A DNA stretch of 64,000 nt from Eubacteriales bacterium (GCA_045649925.1 JAZRQS010000002.1:1072-65071); one strand, 5' to 3'; positions 1-9,108 are shown, counted from the first letter of the stretch. Translations and numbers: made by a program. Notes: generated by a model from the letters alone, not told the origin.

Positions 1-679
1 AGTTTACCTTTACAGGATGCTTGCCTGTTATGTTGTTCACGAGCGTCATAGACTTGAATGATGTATCCACAAGCACGAGAGCGTCTTGCTCGAAGAGGCT
101 GTCGGCAAGAGGAAGCACATCAGAGTTTTCAAGCACGCGTCTTTGCGAGTGTAGCAGGGTAGCACCCACCTCTGTGGTGTCTATGGTCTGCTTTTCGTCA
201 AATACGATGCTGTAGCCCTCTATGCCCTCGGGAGTAGCATACGCCTCGTGTGCGCCAAATGAGAAATACATATCCTCATTTCCTGTGTTCTCTGTGCGAT
301 ACTCTACCAAAAGCGAGTTGCCCAAGAGAAGAAAAGAAACATCAAAATGGAAGTCAAAGGGATAACTCTTCTTCAGCTCCTCGTTTGAAGCGAGACGGAA
401 TGTAGCGTGAGTGTCATCACACTCAAGAAGCTCAAACTCGTTGAGCTTTGCAAAGCCATGCTTTGTGAGAGTGTACTGCTTGCCGTTATGTACAAACTGA
501 TTATCCTTGAGCGCTCCGCAGATAGGGAACATAATGGGTGCGTGTCCGCCCCATACAGACGGGTCTCCACACCACATATATTCGTGGCCGTCATTTCCCG
601 TCACGCTCTGTATCTCAGCACCCATAGTGCTGACTGTAACTGTAAGGCTGTCGTTTTTCAAAGTAATTATACTTGACAT
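1..679 (-). CDS. Aldose 1-epimerase family protein (LacX-like), 3' end beyond window start
   Basis: Not in the ORF track. Manual translation from ATG at 679 gives MSSIITLKNDSLTVTVSTMGAEIQS...YMWCGDPSVWGGHAPIMFPICG...KHGFA...YPFDF...FSFGAHEAY, typical LacX/galactose mutarotase-like motifs. AGAGG RBS upstream. Confidence 0.85.
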   Translation of the reverse strand, partial: MSSIITLKNDSLTVTVSTMGAEIQSVTGNDGHEYMWCGDPSVWGGHAPIMFPICGALKDNQFVHNGKQYTLTKHGFAKLNEFELLECDDTHATFRLASNEELKKSYPFDFHFDVSFLLLGNSLLVEYRTENTGNEDMYFSFGAHEAYATPEGIEGYSIVFDEKQTIDTTEVGATLLHSQRRVLENSDVLPLADSLFEQDALVLVDTSFKSMTLVNNITGKHPVKVN

Positions 680-737
680 AATAAACCTCTTTCGCAAGTT
701 GTATTTAGCAGTGTAGTTGTTAAAATCACTAAACAGT

Positions 738-766
738 ATTATAACACATCTGCGTTGCAAAGTCAC
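738..766 (-). promoter_or_regulatory. Sigma-A-type promoter for the aldose epimerase gene
   Basis: Minus strand GTGACT-17 nt-TATAAT with TGn extended -10. Confidence 0.55.
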
Positions 767-945
767 TACTTTTTTCACTTTTTTTGACAAATTTTATCTC
801 GCTCACCATGCGAAAATAAATTCTACAAAAGCACCACAAAAAACTGAAAATTTTTTTCATTATTTTCCAAAAATGCAAAAATAAGAAAAATAAAATGAAA
901 AAATATTTTTTATTTGTAAATTTTTTAAAAAAATAATTATTTTTA

Positions 946-974
946 TTGACAAATGAATAATAATAGTGTAAAAT
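946..974 (+). promoter_or_regulatory. Sigma-A promoter of rpiR/BMC operon
   Basis: TTGACA (946-951), 17-nt spacer, TAAAAT (969-974), AT-rich upstream element. Confidence 0.8.
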
Positions 975-982
975 GAAGAAAA

Positions 983-999
983 GTGAAAAGATTTTTCAC
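983..999. promoter_or_regulatory. Palindromic operator candidate (probably RpiR)
   Basis: GTGAAAA-GAT-TTTTCAC perfect inverted repeat at the predicted +1. A related TGAAA-N4-TTTCA lies at 846-859. Confidence 0.55.
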
Positions 1000-1073
1000 A
1001 AAAACGGCACGTCTGCTCGTGCAGTAAAAAGTGCGATTTCATAGCATAACAGCTTAGTTTTTGGAGGGGAGAT

Positions 1074-1910
1074 ATGAACAGAACGCTACTGATTGCCCAG
1101 TCGTTGTATTCTGAGATGGGAAAGTCAGAGAAAAAAGTGGCAGATTGGCTCTTTTCCCACTCCGGAGAAAATTTTTCCTACTCCATCACCGAGTTTGCAG
1201 AAAAATGCGACAGCAGTGAGGCTACGATAGTCAGATTTTCACGCCGTCTCGGCTTTTCGGGGTTTGGCGAATTGAAGCTCTCTCTCGCACAGGAGGTCGA
1301 GCGAAAGATTATTTCACCATATGTCACCGAGTCCGACTCCTGCTATGAAATTTTTGAAAAGCTTTGTAACGATACTTACCTCTCGCTCGAGAGGACAAAG
1401 AAGATGCTTGCCTCTGAGAGCATGGCTGAAGCGGTGCGAGCGCTCTCAAGTGCGAGAAAGATAGTCCTCGTCGGACTTGGAAGCTCGGCGACAGCGGCAG
1501 CAGAGGCGGCAAACAAGCTCCTGCGTGCAGGGTGCAACGCTTCGTCGTATGCCGACACACATATGCAGGCTATTGCGGTCTCCCAGCTCACCGAGAGTGA
1601 CGTGCTCATAGGTGTATCTCAGTCAGGCTCATCAAAGGACGTAGTCGAGTGTCTGAAAATAGCAAAGAGCAGGGGAGTGACCACTATCTGCGTCACAGGC
1701 AAGGAGAAATCCCCGCTTACAAGGCAGAGTGACATTGCGCTCGTCACCGATACCGAGGAGGTGCGCCACGGATACCTTGGACTGAATTCACACCTCTCGC
1801 GCACGCTCCTTATGGATGCGCTTTGTATAGGAATTGCATATGCAGGTGACCGACTCGACGGCATCAGCAGTAATGCACAGGCGCTTGAATCCAAGCGTAT
1901 TACTGAATAA
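1074..1910 (+). CDS. MurR/RpiR family transcriptional regulator (HTH + SIS sugar-phosphate domain)
   Basis: SEATIVRFSRRLGFSGF HTH motif; SIS motifs GLGSS, GVSQSGSSKD, SPL. Confidence 0.93.
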   Translation: MNRTLLIAQSLYSEMGKSEKKVADWLFSHSGENFSYSITEFAEKCDSSEATIVRFSRRLGFSGFGELKLSLAQEVERKIISPYVTESDSCYEIFEKLCNDTYLSLERTKKMLASESMAEAVRALSSARKIVLVGLGSSATAAAEAANKLLRAGCNASSYADTHMQAIAVSQLTESDVLIGVSQSGSSKDVVECLKIAKSRGVTTICVTGKEKSPLTRQSDIALVTDTEEVRHGYLGLNSHLSRTLLMDALCIGIAYAGDRLDGISSNAQALESKRITE

Positions 1911-1972
1911 CATAAATAAAGCAAATTAAAAGACTATTATATAAAATCTATATTTTCTGACGGAGGAAAGCA

Positions 1973-3172
1973 ATGAAAATTCTGGTAATCAATGCAGGAA
2001 GCTCGTCGCTCAAGTATCAGCTCTTTGATATGAATGACGGCTCCGTTGTAGCCAAAGGTCTTTGTGAGAAAATCGGAATCGGTGGAGCGGTAACGCACAA
2101 GCGACCGGGAAAGGAAAATTACTCCTGTGAGGTAGAGCTTAAGTCCCACGACGATGCTATTGCACTCGTGCTCAAGCTTCTTACCGATGCAGAGCTTGGA
2201 GTTATCTCCTCGGTAGACGAGATAGGCGCTGTCGGACATCGTGTCGCTCATGGTGGCGAAAAGCTCAAGCGCTCCTCGCTCATCGGCGAAGATGAGCTTG
2301 CATATCTCTACTCCATCGTAGGCATCAACCCCTTGCACGGCCCACCCGCAATAAAGGGAATTGAGGCTTGTCGCAAGATAATGAAGGACACTCCTCAGGT
2401 AGGAGTATTCGACACCTCCTTCTACAGCGACATGGAGGAAAAGGCTTACATCTATGCGCTCCCCTATGAGTATTACGAAAAGTATCAGCTCCGTAAGTAC
2501 GGCTTCCATGGTACATCTCACAGATACGTATCCTCAAAGGCGGCAGAGATGCTTGGCAAGCCGATAGAAGAGCTCAAGATTATCGTTTGTCACCTCGGAA
2601 ACGGCTCGTCTATCACAGCTGTCAAGAACGGCAAGGCAGTAGATACCTCAATGGGCTTTACTCCTCAGGATGGTCTGCCTATGGGAACAAGAAGCGGTGC
2701 GCTTGATCCTACAGTTATTACCTACATAATGAAGAACGAAAACATTTCCCCCGATGAAATGGATAACATAATGAACAAGAAATCGGGACTTCTCGGTGTG
2801 TCGGGTGTTTCGAGCGACTGCCGTGAGGTAATGATCGCTGAAAAGGAAGGGAACAAGAGAGCAAAGCTCGCACTTGAAATCCTTGTCCACAGCATCAAGA
2901 AGATAGTCGGATCCTATATTGCCGAGATGAACGGAGTTGACGCCCTCTGCTTTACTGCAGGTATCGGCGAAAACGACTCAAAGATTCGCGAGCTTGTGGC
3001 GAGCGATATGAGCTATCTCGGTATAGAGATAGATAGTGACGCAAATGCAAACGCAAAGCGTGGAGAGCCCGCTGACGTTTCCTTGCCTGCGTCAAAGGCT
3101 AAGGTGCTCGTAATTCCTACCGATGAGGAATATATGATAGCCTTGGATACACAAAAAATAGTAACTAAATAA
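1973..3172 (+). CDS. ackA: Acetate/propionate kinase
   Basis: ILVINAGSSSLK, GHRVAHGG, YGFHGTSH, HLGNGSS, FTAGIGEN, PTDEE. Confidence 0.95.
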   Translation: MKILVINAGSSSLKYQLFDMNDGSVVAKGLCEKIGIGGAVTHKRPGKENYSCEVELKSHDDAIALVLKLLTDAELGVISSVDEIGAVGHRVAHGGEKLKRSSLIGEDELAYLYSIVGINPLHGPPAIKGIEACRKIMKDTPQVGVFDTSFYSDMEEKAYIYALPYEYYEKYQLRKYGFHGTSHRYVSSKAAEMLGKPIEELKIIVCHLGNGSSITAVKNGKAVDTSMGFTPQDGLPMGTRSGALDPTVITYIMKNENISPDEMDNIMNKKSGLLGVSGVSSDCREVMIAEKEGNKRAKLALEILVHSIKKIVGSYIAEMNGVDALCFTAGIGENDSKIRELVASDMSYLGIEIDSDANANAKRGEPADVSLPASKAKVLVIPTDEEYMIALDTQKIVTK

Positions 3173-3192
3173 TTTGAAAGGAATATACAGAA

Positions 3193-3999
3193 ATGCAATC
3201 ACCATTCGAAATCAAAAAAGAAATATGCGAAGTAGGACACAAGCTTTATGCTAAGGGCTACGTTGCCGCAAACGACGGTAACATCTCCGTTAAGGTAAGC
3301 GACAATGAGTTTTACTGCACACCTACAGGAGTATCCAAGGGCGACCTTACACCTGACATGATCATCAAGATCGACGGCACAGGTAAGAAGCTCGAAGGAA
3401 AGCTCAACCCCTCATCCGAGATCAAGATGCACCTCCGCGTGTATCGTGAGCGTCCTGACGTAAACGCTGTTGTTCACGCTCATCCCCCTGTTGCTACTGC
3501 TTTTACAGTTGCAGGCGTAGAGCTTGACCAGTACATTCTCCCTGAGGCAGTTCTTACAATAGGAAACGTTCCTACATGTGAGTACGGCACGCCCTCTACA
3601 ATGGAGATTCCCGATTCTCTTATGCCTTATATTCAGAACCACGATGCATTCCTTCTCAAGAACCACGGTGCTCTTACAGTAGGATGCAATCTTAAGAAGG
3701 CTGCTTTCGTTATGGAAGAGGTTGAGTTCAACGCAGTTATCTGCAAGCACGCTCGTGAGCTCGGAAATGTAGAGGAAATTCCTTGCGACCAGCTTGAGAA
3801 GCTTATGGAGCTCCGCCAGAAGATGCAGATCCCCGGCAAGCACCCCGGATGCAAGAAGTGTAAGAACCTCGGCACAAGCAACTGCCGTTGCAAGCACAAC
3901 TCCGACGGCTGCACATGCGGTGGCGACAAGGTAGCAAACGCTGATCCCGCACTCGTTGCAGAGATTACAAAGAGAGTAATCGCAGCCCTCGGCAAATAA
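3193..3999 (+). CDS. fucA: Class II aldolase (fuculose/rhamnulose-1-phosphate aldolase type) with C-terminal encapsulation peptide
   Basis: ANDGNIS, TPTG, PSSEIKMH, HAHP, LKNHG Zn-aldolase motifs; C-terminal amphipathic ALVAEITKRVIAAL. Confidence 0.85.
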   Translation: MQSPFEIKKEICEVGHKLYAKGYVAANDGNISVKVSDNEFYCTPTGVSKGDLTPDMIIKIDGTGKKLEGKLNPSSEIKMHLRVYRERPDVNAVVHAHPPVATAFTVAGVELDQYILPEAVLTIGNVPTCEYGTPSTMEIPDSLMPYIQNHDAFLLKNHGALTVGCNLKKAAFVMEEVEFNAVICKHARELGNVEEIPCDQLEKLMELRQKMQIPGKHPGCKKCKNLGTSNCRCKHNSDGCTCGGDKVANADPALVAEITKRVIAALGK

Positions 4000-4018
4000 T
4001 TGAAGCGAGGGAGCAGAT

Positions 4019-5473
4019 ATGGCAATAAACTGGACAGAAGCACAGATCGATGAGATCGTGAAAAACGTTCTGGCACAGGTGAAGCCCTCCAGCACTCCCA
4101 ACAAGACGTGGGACGCGTCATCATATTGCGGAAGAAAATTCGTCGGAGTTTACGATGACATGAATGATGCCATCGAGGCGGCGAATGCAGGATATCGCGC
4201 GATACGTTCCATGAGAGTGGAAGAAAGAGAAAAGCTTATCACAAAGATAAGAGAGCTTACCCGTGCGGAAGCATCTATAATGGCTGCACTCGGTGTAGCC
4301 GAAACAAAAATGGGTAGAGTAGACCACAAGACAGCGAAGCATATGCTCGTCGCTGACAAGACTCCCGGCACAGAGGATATAGTATCTCACGTAAAGACAG
4401 GCGACTTTGGTCTGACACTTACCGAGATGGCTCCCTTTGGAGTAGTCGGAAGCATCACCCCCTCTACGAACCCCAGTGAAACAGTAATATGCAATAGTAT
4501 AGGTATGATAGCGGCAGGAAACGGCGTTGTATTCAACCCCCACCCCAATGCTATTGCGACCTCGAACTATGCAGTGGACCTCGTAAACCGCGCGTGCGTA
4601 GCGGCAGGTGGACCTAAGGTGCTCGTATCATCTGTAGTAAAGCCTACCCTCGACACAGCAAACATTATGTATAAGCACCCGTCGATACGACTCCTCGTCT
4701 GCACAGGCGGCCCCGGTGTTGTAAAGGCAGTTCTTTCATCAGGAAAGAAGGCTATCGGCGCAGGTGCGGGAAATCCCCCTGTTATCGTTGACGACACCGC
4801 TGACATAAGAAAGGCGGCAAAGGACATCATCGACGGATGCACCTTTGACAACAACCTCCCGTGTATTGCGGAAAAAGAGGTGTTTGCTTTCAGCAATATC
4901 GCAGACGAGCTTATCTCAGGAATGCTTGACGCAGGCGCATACAAGATTTCGAGAGAGCAGGCGGACAGACTCGCAGACATTGTTCTCAATGATGTGAAAA
5001 ATCCTAAGACAGGAATAGTCAAGAAGGTAGTAAACAGAGATTGTGTCGGTCGCGACGCCTCCGTTCTTCTTGAAAAGATAGGCATAAAGGCAGGTCCTTC
5101 GGTCAGATGTATAATCTGCGAAGTTCCCTTCGAGCATCTCTTCGTGCAGGAGGAGCTCATGATGCCTATACTTCCTATAGTCAGAGTAAACAACATTGAT
5201 CAGGCAATAGAGCTTGCCGTAAAGGCAGAGCACGGAAACCGTCACACAGCGCATATGCATTCCAAGAATATCGACAACCTCACACGTTTTGCCCGTGCGG
5301 TAGAAACCACGATATTCGTAAAGAATGCTCCTTCCTATGCAGGCATCGGCTTCGGTGGAGAGGGTCACGCCACCTTCACAATAGCAGGACCTACGGGAGA
5401 GGGAATAACCTCGGCAAAGAGCTTTACAAGACTTCGCCGTTGCGTTATGGCTGACAACTTCCGTATTATATAA
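4019..5473 (+). CDS. pduP: CoA-acylating aldehyde dehydrogenase (PduP/EutE) with N-terminal encapsulation peptide
   Basis: PSTNP, TGGPGVV, GAGAGNPP, FDNNLPCIAEK, EELMMP, HGNRHTA, TIAGPTGEG. Confidence 0.93.
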   Translation: MAINWTEAQIDEIVKNVLAQVKPSSTPNKTWDASSYCGRKFVGVYDDMNDAIEAANAGYRAIRSMRVEEREKLITKIRELTRAEASIMAALGVAETKMGRVDHKTAKHMLVADKTPGTEDIVSHVKTGDFGLTLTEMAPFGVVGSITPSTNPSETVICNSIGMIAAGNGVVFNPHPNAIATSNYAVDLVNRACVAAGGPKVLVSSVVKPTLDTANIMYKHPSIRLLVCTGGPGVVKAVLSSGKKAIGAGAGNPPVIVDDTADIRKAAKDIIDGCTFDNNLPCIAEKEVFAFSNIADELISGMLDAGAYKISREQADRLADIVLNDVKNPKTGIVKKVVNRDCVGRDASVLLEKIGIKAGPSVRCIICEVPFEHLFVQEELMMPILPIVRVNNIDQAIELAVKAEHGNRHTAHMHSKNIDNLTRFARAVETTIFVKNAPSYAGIGFGGEGHATFTIAGPTGEGITSAKSFTRLRRCVMADNFRII

Positions 5474-5488
5474 GAAAGGAAAAAAGCA

Positions 5489-6685
5489 ATGGATTTCAAC
5501 GCTTCACAGCTTGAGAGCATAGTACGCCGCGTGCTTGGTGAAATGGGAGCCTCCTCTGCAGCAGCAGGCGAGATTCCGAAAACCGGTAAGGTCGCAATGC
5601 TCACAGCACAGAAAACTATAGAAGTAAAGGAATTTGCCATTCCCGCCCTTGAGGATGATGACATTCTCGTAAAGGTAGAGGGATGCGGCGTGTGCGGAAC
5701 TGACGTACACGAGTGGAAGGCTGACCCCTTCGGGCTTATCCCCGTTACTCTCGGTCACGAGGGAACTGGTGAGATAATCGCACTTGGCAAAAACGTAAAA
5801 TGCGATACGGCAGGCAGACCCATCAAGGTCGGCGACAAGATCGTTACCTCCGTTATCAGCTGCGGCGAGTGTAACATTTGCCGCCTCCAGCCCGCACACA
5901 CAAACCTCTGCGACAAGCAGGGTGTGTTCGGACTTATCGCTCACAGCGATGCACAGCCCTTCACAGGTTGGTTTGCTACCCACCTTCTCATCAGAGCAAA
6001 GGGCGCTACATATTTCGTAGTAAACGACCTCAACCTCAATGAAAGAATGTTGCTTGAGCTTGCGACTGTTGCAGTTCACGCATACGAGAGAGGTGCAAAG
6101 ACAGGTCTTCTCAACTTCAACAGCAAGGTGCTCATTCAGGGACTTGGCCCCGTTGGTCTTATGATGATTTCCGTGCTCCGCGCGGCAGGTATCAATCACA
6201 TCATCGCCATCGACGGCACACCCAAGCGTCTTGAAATGGCAAAGAAGCTCGGTGCTAAAACACTTATCAACTTCCGTGAGTACGACACTCTCGATAAGAG
6301 AATAGAGGCTGTAAAGGCTGTAACGTACGGAAGCGGCGCTGATTTCGTGTTCCAGTGCACAGGCGCTCCTGCGGCAGCGTCCGACGCATACAGCTATGTA
6401 CGTCGTGGCGGCGGCTTCTGCGAGATGGGCTTCTTCGTAAACAACGGAGAGTTCTCCGTAAATCCTCACTTCGCATTCTGTAACAAGGAGATCAACCTCG
6501 TTGGCTCTTGGGACTACAGCGCAGAGGATTATCCTACTACAATGGCGTTCTTGCGTCAGGCGAGAGAAATGAAGATTCCGATAGAGGAGCTCATCACTCA
6601 CTCTTATCCTCTTGAAAAGCTCAACGAGGCTATGGAAATGAACGTTTCTCAGCAGGGCATCAAGATCTGCTATATAGCAGAATAA
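5489..6685 (+). CDS. Zn-dependent (MDR) alcohol dehydrogenase with N-terminal encapsulation peptide; probable lactaldehyde/propionaldehyde reductase
   Basis: CGVCGTD, GHEGTG, structural Zn CGECNIC...C, GLGPVG; N-terminal QLESIVRRVLGEM. Confidence 0.88.
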   Translation: MDFNASQLESIVRRVLGEMGASSAAAGEIPKTGKVAMLTAQKTIEVKEFAIPALEDDDILVKVEGCGVCGTDVHEWKADPFGLIPVTLGHEGTGEIIALGKNVKCDTAGRPIKVGDKIVTSVISCGECNICRLQPAHTNLCDKQGVFGLIAHSDAQPFTGWFATHLLIRAKGATYFVVNDLNLNERMLLELATVAVHAYERGAKTGLLNFNSKVLIQGLGPVGLMMISVLRAAGINHIIAIDGTPKRLEMAKKLGAKTLINFREYDTLDKRIEAVKAVTYGSGADFVFQCTGAPAAASDAYSYVRRGGGFCEMGFFVNNGEFSVNPHFAFCNKEINLVGSWDYSAEDYPTTMAFLRQAREMKIPIEELITHSYPLEKLNEAMEMNVSQQGIKICYIAE

Positions 6686-6703
6686 GAAAAGGAGTAAGCT
6701 CGT

Positions 6704-7033
6704 ATGGCACTCGGCATGATTGAGGTCTACGGCTTCACCACTTCAATAATCGTCGCCGACAAGGTGGCAAAGACCTCCGACGTAAAGGTGGTCGCTATCG
6801 ATAAAAACAAGCCTGCAAACGGCGATTCCGCCGAGGTGCCGCTTGTTATGATAGTAAAGTTTGAGGGTGATACCGCAGCAGTAGAGTCTGCACTTGAAGC
6901 AGGCAAGGCCGAAGCAGAGAAAAGAGGACTCTACATAACCTCCAAGATAATTTCCAGACAGTCTCCCGAAATAGAGTGGTTTGCCCATCTCGGAGCGACA
7001 GGAAAAGATAAACTTCGTAACACAAATAAATAA
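6704..7033 (+). CDS. Divergent BMC-H shell protein
   Basis: ALGMIEVYG...ADKVAKTSDV...EGDTAAV BMC fold motifs with a loop insertion. Confidence 0.85.
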   Translation: MALGMIEVYGFTTSIIVADKVAKTSDVKVVAIDKNKPANGDSAEVPLVMIVKFEGDTAAVESALEAGKAEAEKRGLYITSKIISRQSPEIEWFAHLGATGKDKLRNTNK

Positions 7034-7071
7034 AATAAAAAAATAAATACAATTTTTAAAGGAGAAAAATC

Positions 7072-7347
7072 ATGAAAGAAGCATTGGGAATGGTTGAAAC
7101 CAGAGGACTTGTTGCAGCAATCGAGGCAGCAGATGCAATGGTAAAGGCAGCAAACGTAGAGCTCGTAGGAAGCGAAAAGATCGGTAGCGGTCTCGTAAGC
7201 GTTATGGTAAGAGGCGACGTTGGAGCTGTTAAGGCAGCAGTTGAGGCAGGCGGCGCAGCAGCTTGCTCACTCGGTGAGGTTATCGCAACTCACGTTATTC
7301 CTCGTCCTCACGCAGACGTTGAAAAGATTCTTCCTGCGCTCAAATAA
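7072..7347 (+). CDS. pduA: BMC-H shell protein, PduA/PduJ/EutM type
   Basis: [32 protein letters not shown] pore, RGDVGAV, HVIPRPH. Confidence 0.95.
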   Translation: MKEALGMVETRGLVAAIEAADAMVKAANVELVGSEKIGSGLVSVMVRGDVGAVKAAVEAGGAAACSLGEVIATHVIPRPHADVEKILPALK

Positions 7348-7354
7348 TTGAACT

Positions 7355-7630
7355 ATGGAAAAAGCAATAGCGTTACTCGAGGTACAGTCTATGGTTGCCG
7401 CAATTGCAGGACTTGATGCAATGGTAAAGGCAGCTGACGTAGAGCTTATTCATGTCGAGAAGCGCTTGGGTGGACGACTCGTCACAGTAGTCGTTGAAGG
7501 CAAGGTCTCCTCCGTTGAGGCTGCTGCAAGAGCAGGTGAAGCAGAGGCGGCAAAGGTCGGAAAGGTGAAGCTCTGTGAGGTCATCGCTCGACCGCATCCC
7601 GACGTAATGAAGTTCTTAAAAACAGAATAA
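7355..7630 (+). CDS. BMC-H shell protein with basic pore loop
   Basis: LDAMVKAADV, EKRLGGRLV, VIARPH. Confidence 0.9.
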   Translation: MEKAIALLEVQSMVAAIAGLDAMVKAADVELIHVEKRLGGRLVTVVVEGKVSSVEAAARAGEAEAAKVGKVKLCEVIARPHPDVMKFLKTE

Positions 7631-7694
7631 AATCTAAAAAACCAAAAAAAACAAAAATAAAAACAAAAAACTAATTTTAATGGAGGAAATTAAA

Positions 7695-7967
7695 ATGGAA
7701 GCATTGGGAATGGTTGAAACCAGAGGTCTTGTAGCTGCAATCGAGGCAGCAGATGCAATGGTAAAGGCAGCAAACGTAATTCTTGTCGGAAGCGAAAAGA
7801 TCGGTAGCGGTCTCGTAAGCGTTATGGTAAGAGGCGACGTTGGAGCTGTTAAGGCAGCAGTTGAAGCAGGCGGCGCAGCAGCTTCTTCTCTTGGCGAGGT
7901 TATTGCTACTCACGTTATTCCTCGTCCTCACGCAGATGTTGAAAAGCTTCTTCCTTCTATCAAATAA
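7695..7967 (+). CDS. pduJ: BMC-H shell protein, PduA/PduJ type (near-identical paralog of 7072..7347)
   Basis: Same motifs as 7072..7347; start moved to ATG 7695 after GGAGG. Confidence 0.93.
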   Translation: MEALGMVETRGLVAAIEAADAMVKAANVILVGSEKIGSGLVSVMVRGDVGAVKAAVEAGGAAASSLGEVIATHVIPRPHADVEKLLPSIK

Positions 7968-8008
7968 TTAAGAAGAGAAGTAATTTTTCCACAAAAGCGT
8001 AAAGCGTT

Positions 8009-8050
8009 ACGGTATTGAGGCTTTTGCCTCAATACCGTGCCCTACGGGGC
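8009..8050 (+). other. Intra-operon tandem stem-loops without U-tract
   Basis: ACGGTATTGAGGC-TTTT-GCCTCAATACCGT (13 bp) immediately followed by GCCC-TACG-GGGC. Confidence 0.7.
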
Positions 8051-8173
8051 AAAATCCCACATTCGTTATCAAGCTGGTTATTCAGAAAACAAAAATTCGC
8101 AAAGCCCGTAAAGATGAGTACAATTCCGTGAAAACGGTTAAAGATATATAAATTGATAAAAAGGAGCAGTAAA

Positions 8174-8827
8174 ATGGAACTCAACAGCTCACAGATCGCC
8201 GAAATGGTGAAAAAAGTATTGAATGAAATGTCGTCAGGCACACCTTCCTCTGACGGAGATATCCCCGTAGGAGTTTCAAACAGACATATTCATCTCTCAA
8301 GAGAGCATCTTGACATTCTCTTTGGTCAGGGATATGAGCTCACACCCATAAAGGAGCTTTCCCAGCCTGGACAGTATGCATGCAAGGAGCTCTTGACAAT
8401 AGTCGGACCCTCGCTTCGCCCCATAGAAAACGTGCGAGTGCTTGGACCTGTCCGTCGTGAGTCGCAGGTAGAAATATCAATGACTGACTCCTTTACACTC
8501 AAGGTAAAGCCCCCCGTTCGTGAGTCGGGAAAGATAGAAGGCTCTGCCCCCTTGACCATCATCGGTCCTCGTGGCGTAGTGACCTTGAAGGAAGGCTGTA
8601 TTATAGCAAACAGACACATACATATGCATACCTCTGACGGACAGCGCTTTGGTGTCCGCGACGGAGATTACGTAACAGTTGATGTAAACGGTAAAAAGCG
8701 CACGCGCTGGTACGACGTTCAGGTCAGAGTATCGGACGCATTCGCACTTGAGATGCACGTAGACACAGACGATGCAAATGCAGCAGGAATAGGAAACGGC
8801 TGCAAGGTAAAGCTTGTTAAAGAATAA
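8174..8827 (+). CDS. pduL: Phosphate propanoyltransferase PduL with N-terminal encapsulation peptide
   Basis: GVSNRHIHLS, LSQPGQY, RVLGP, ANRHIHM, MHVDTDDANA; N-terminal QIAEMVKKVLNEM; start at ATG 8174 after AAGGAG. Confidence 0.95.
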   Translation: MELNSSQIAEMVKKVLNEMSSGTPSSDGDIPVGVSNRHIHLSREHLDILFGQGYELTPIKELSQPGQYACKELLTIVGPSLRPIENVRVLGPVRRESQVEISMTDSFTLKVKPPVRESGKIEGSAPLTIIGPRGVVTLKEGCIIANRHIHMHTSDGQRFGVRDGDYVTVDVNGKKRTRWYDVQVRVSDAFALEMHVDTDDANAAGIGNGCKVKLVKE

Positions 8828-8844
8828 AACAGAGGTATATAGAA

Positions 8845-9093
8845 ATGTTAAAAGGTATAGTTATCGACAATATCGTATCTACAAGAAAGCAGGATTCCCT
8901 CGTAGGAAGCAAGTTCCTTGAGGTAAGAATAATTGAAAACGGCGCTCCCACCGAAAAGTATCTTATAGCAGTAGATAGCGTCGGCGCAGGTATAGGCGAA
9001 ACAGTCCTCATCACAGAGGGCAGTCCCGCCCGCCTCGCACTTCACAACCAGCAGTCCCCCGTTGACGCTGTTATAGTAGGTATCGTAGACTGA
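8845..9093 (+). CDS. eutN: BMC-P vertex protein (EutN/CcmL/PduN)
   Basis: VSTRK, IAVDSVGAGIGETVL, VDAVIVGIVD. Confidence 0.95.
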   Translation: MLKGIVIDNIVSTRKQDSLVGSKFLEVRIIENGAPTEKYLIAVDSVGAGIGETVLITEGSPARLALHNQQSPVDAVIVGIVD

Positions 9094-9108
9094 TTTTGGA
9101 GAAAATAA

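Noticed and set aside
914-931. Rex-box-like TTGTAAATTTTTTAAAAA upstream of the BMC promoter
   Set aside because: Two mismatches in an extremely AT-rich tract; it cannot be distinguished from chance.
21-1042. Short ORF-track entries over the first kb
   Set aside because: They are shadows of the minus-strand aldose epimerase gene or of AT-rich promoter DNA.
5504-6601. 365-aa antisense ORF (similar ones at 36966..37961 and 3412..4104)
   Set aside because: Antisense to highly biased genes, with no RBS or motifs; a typical codon-bias shadow.
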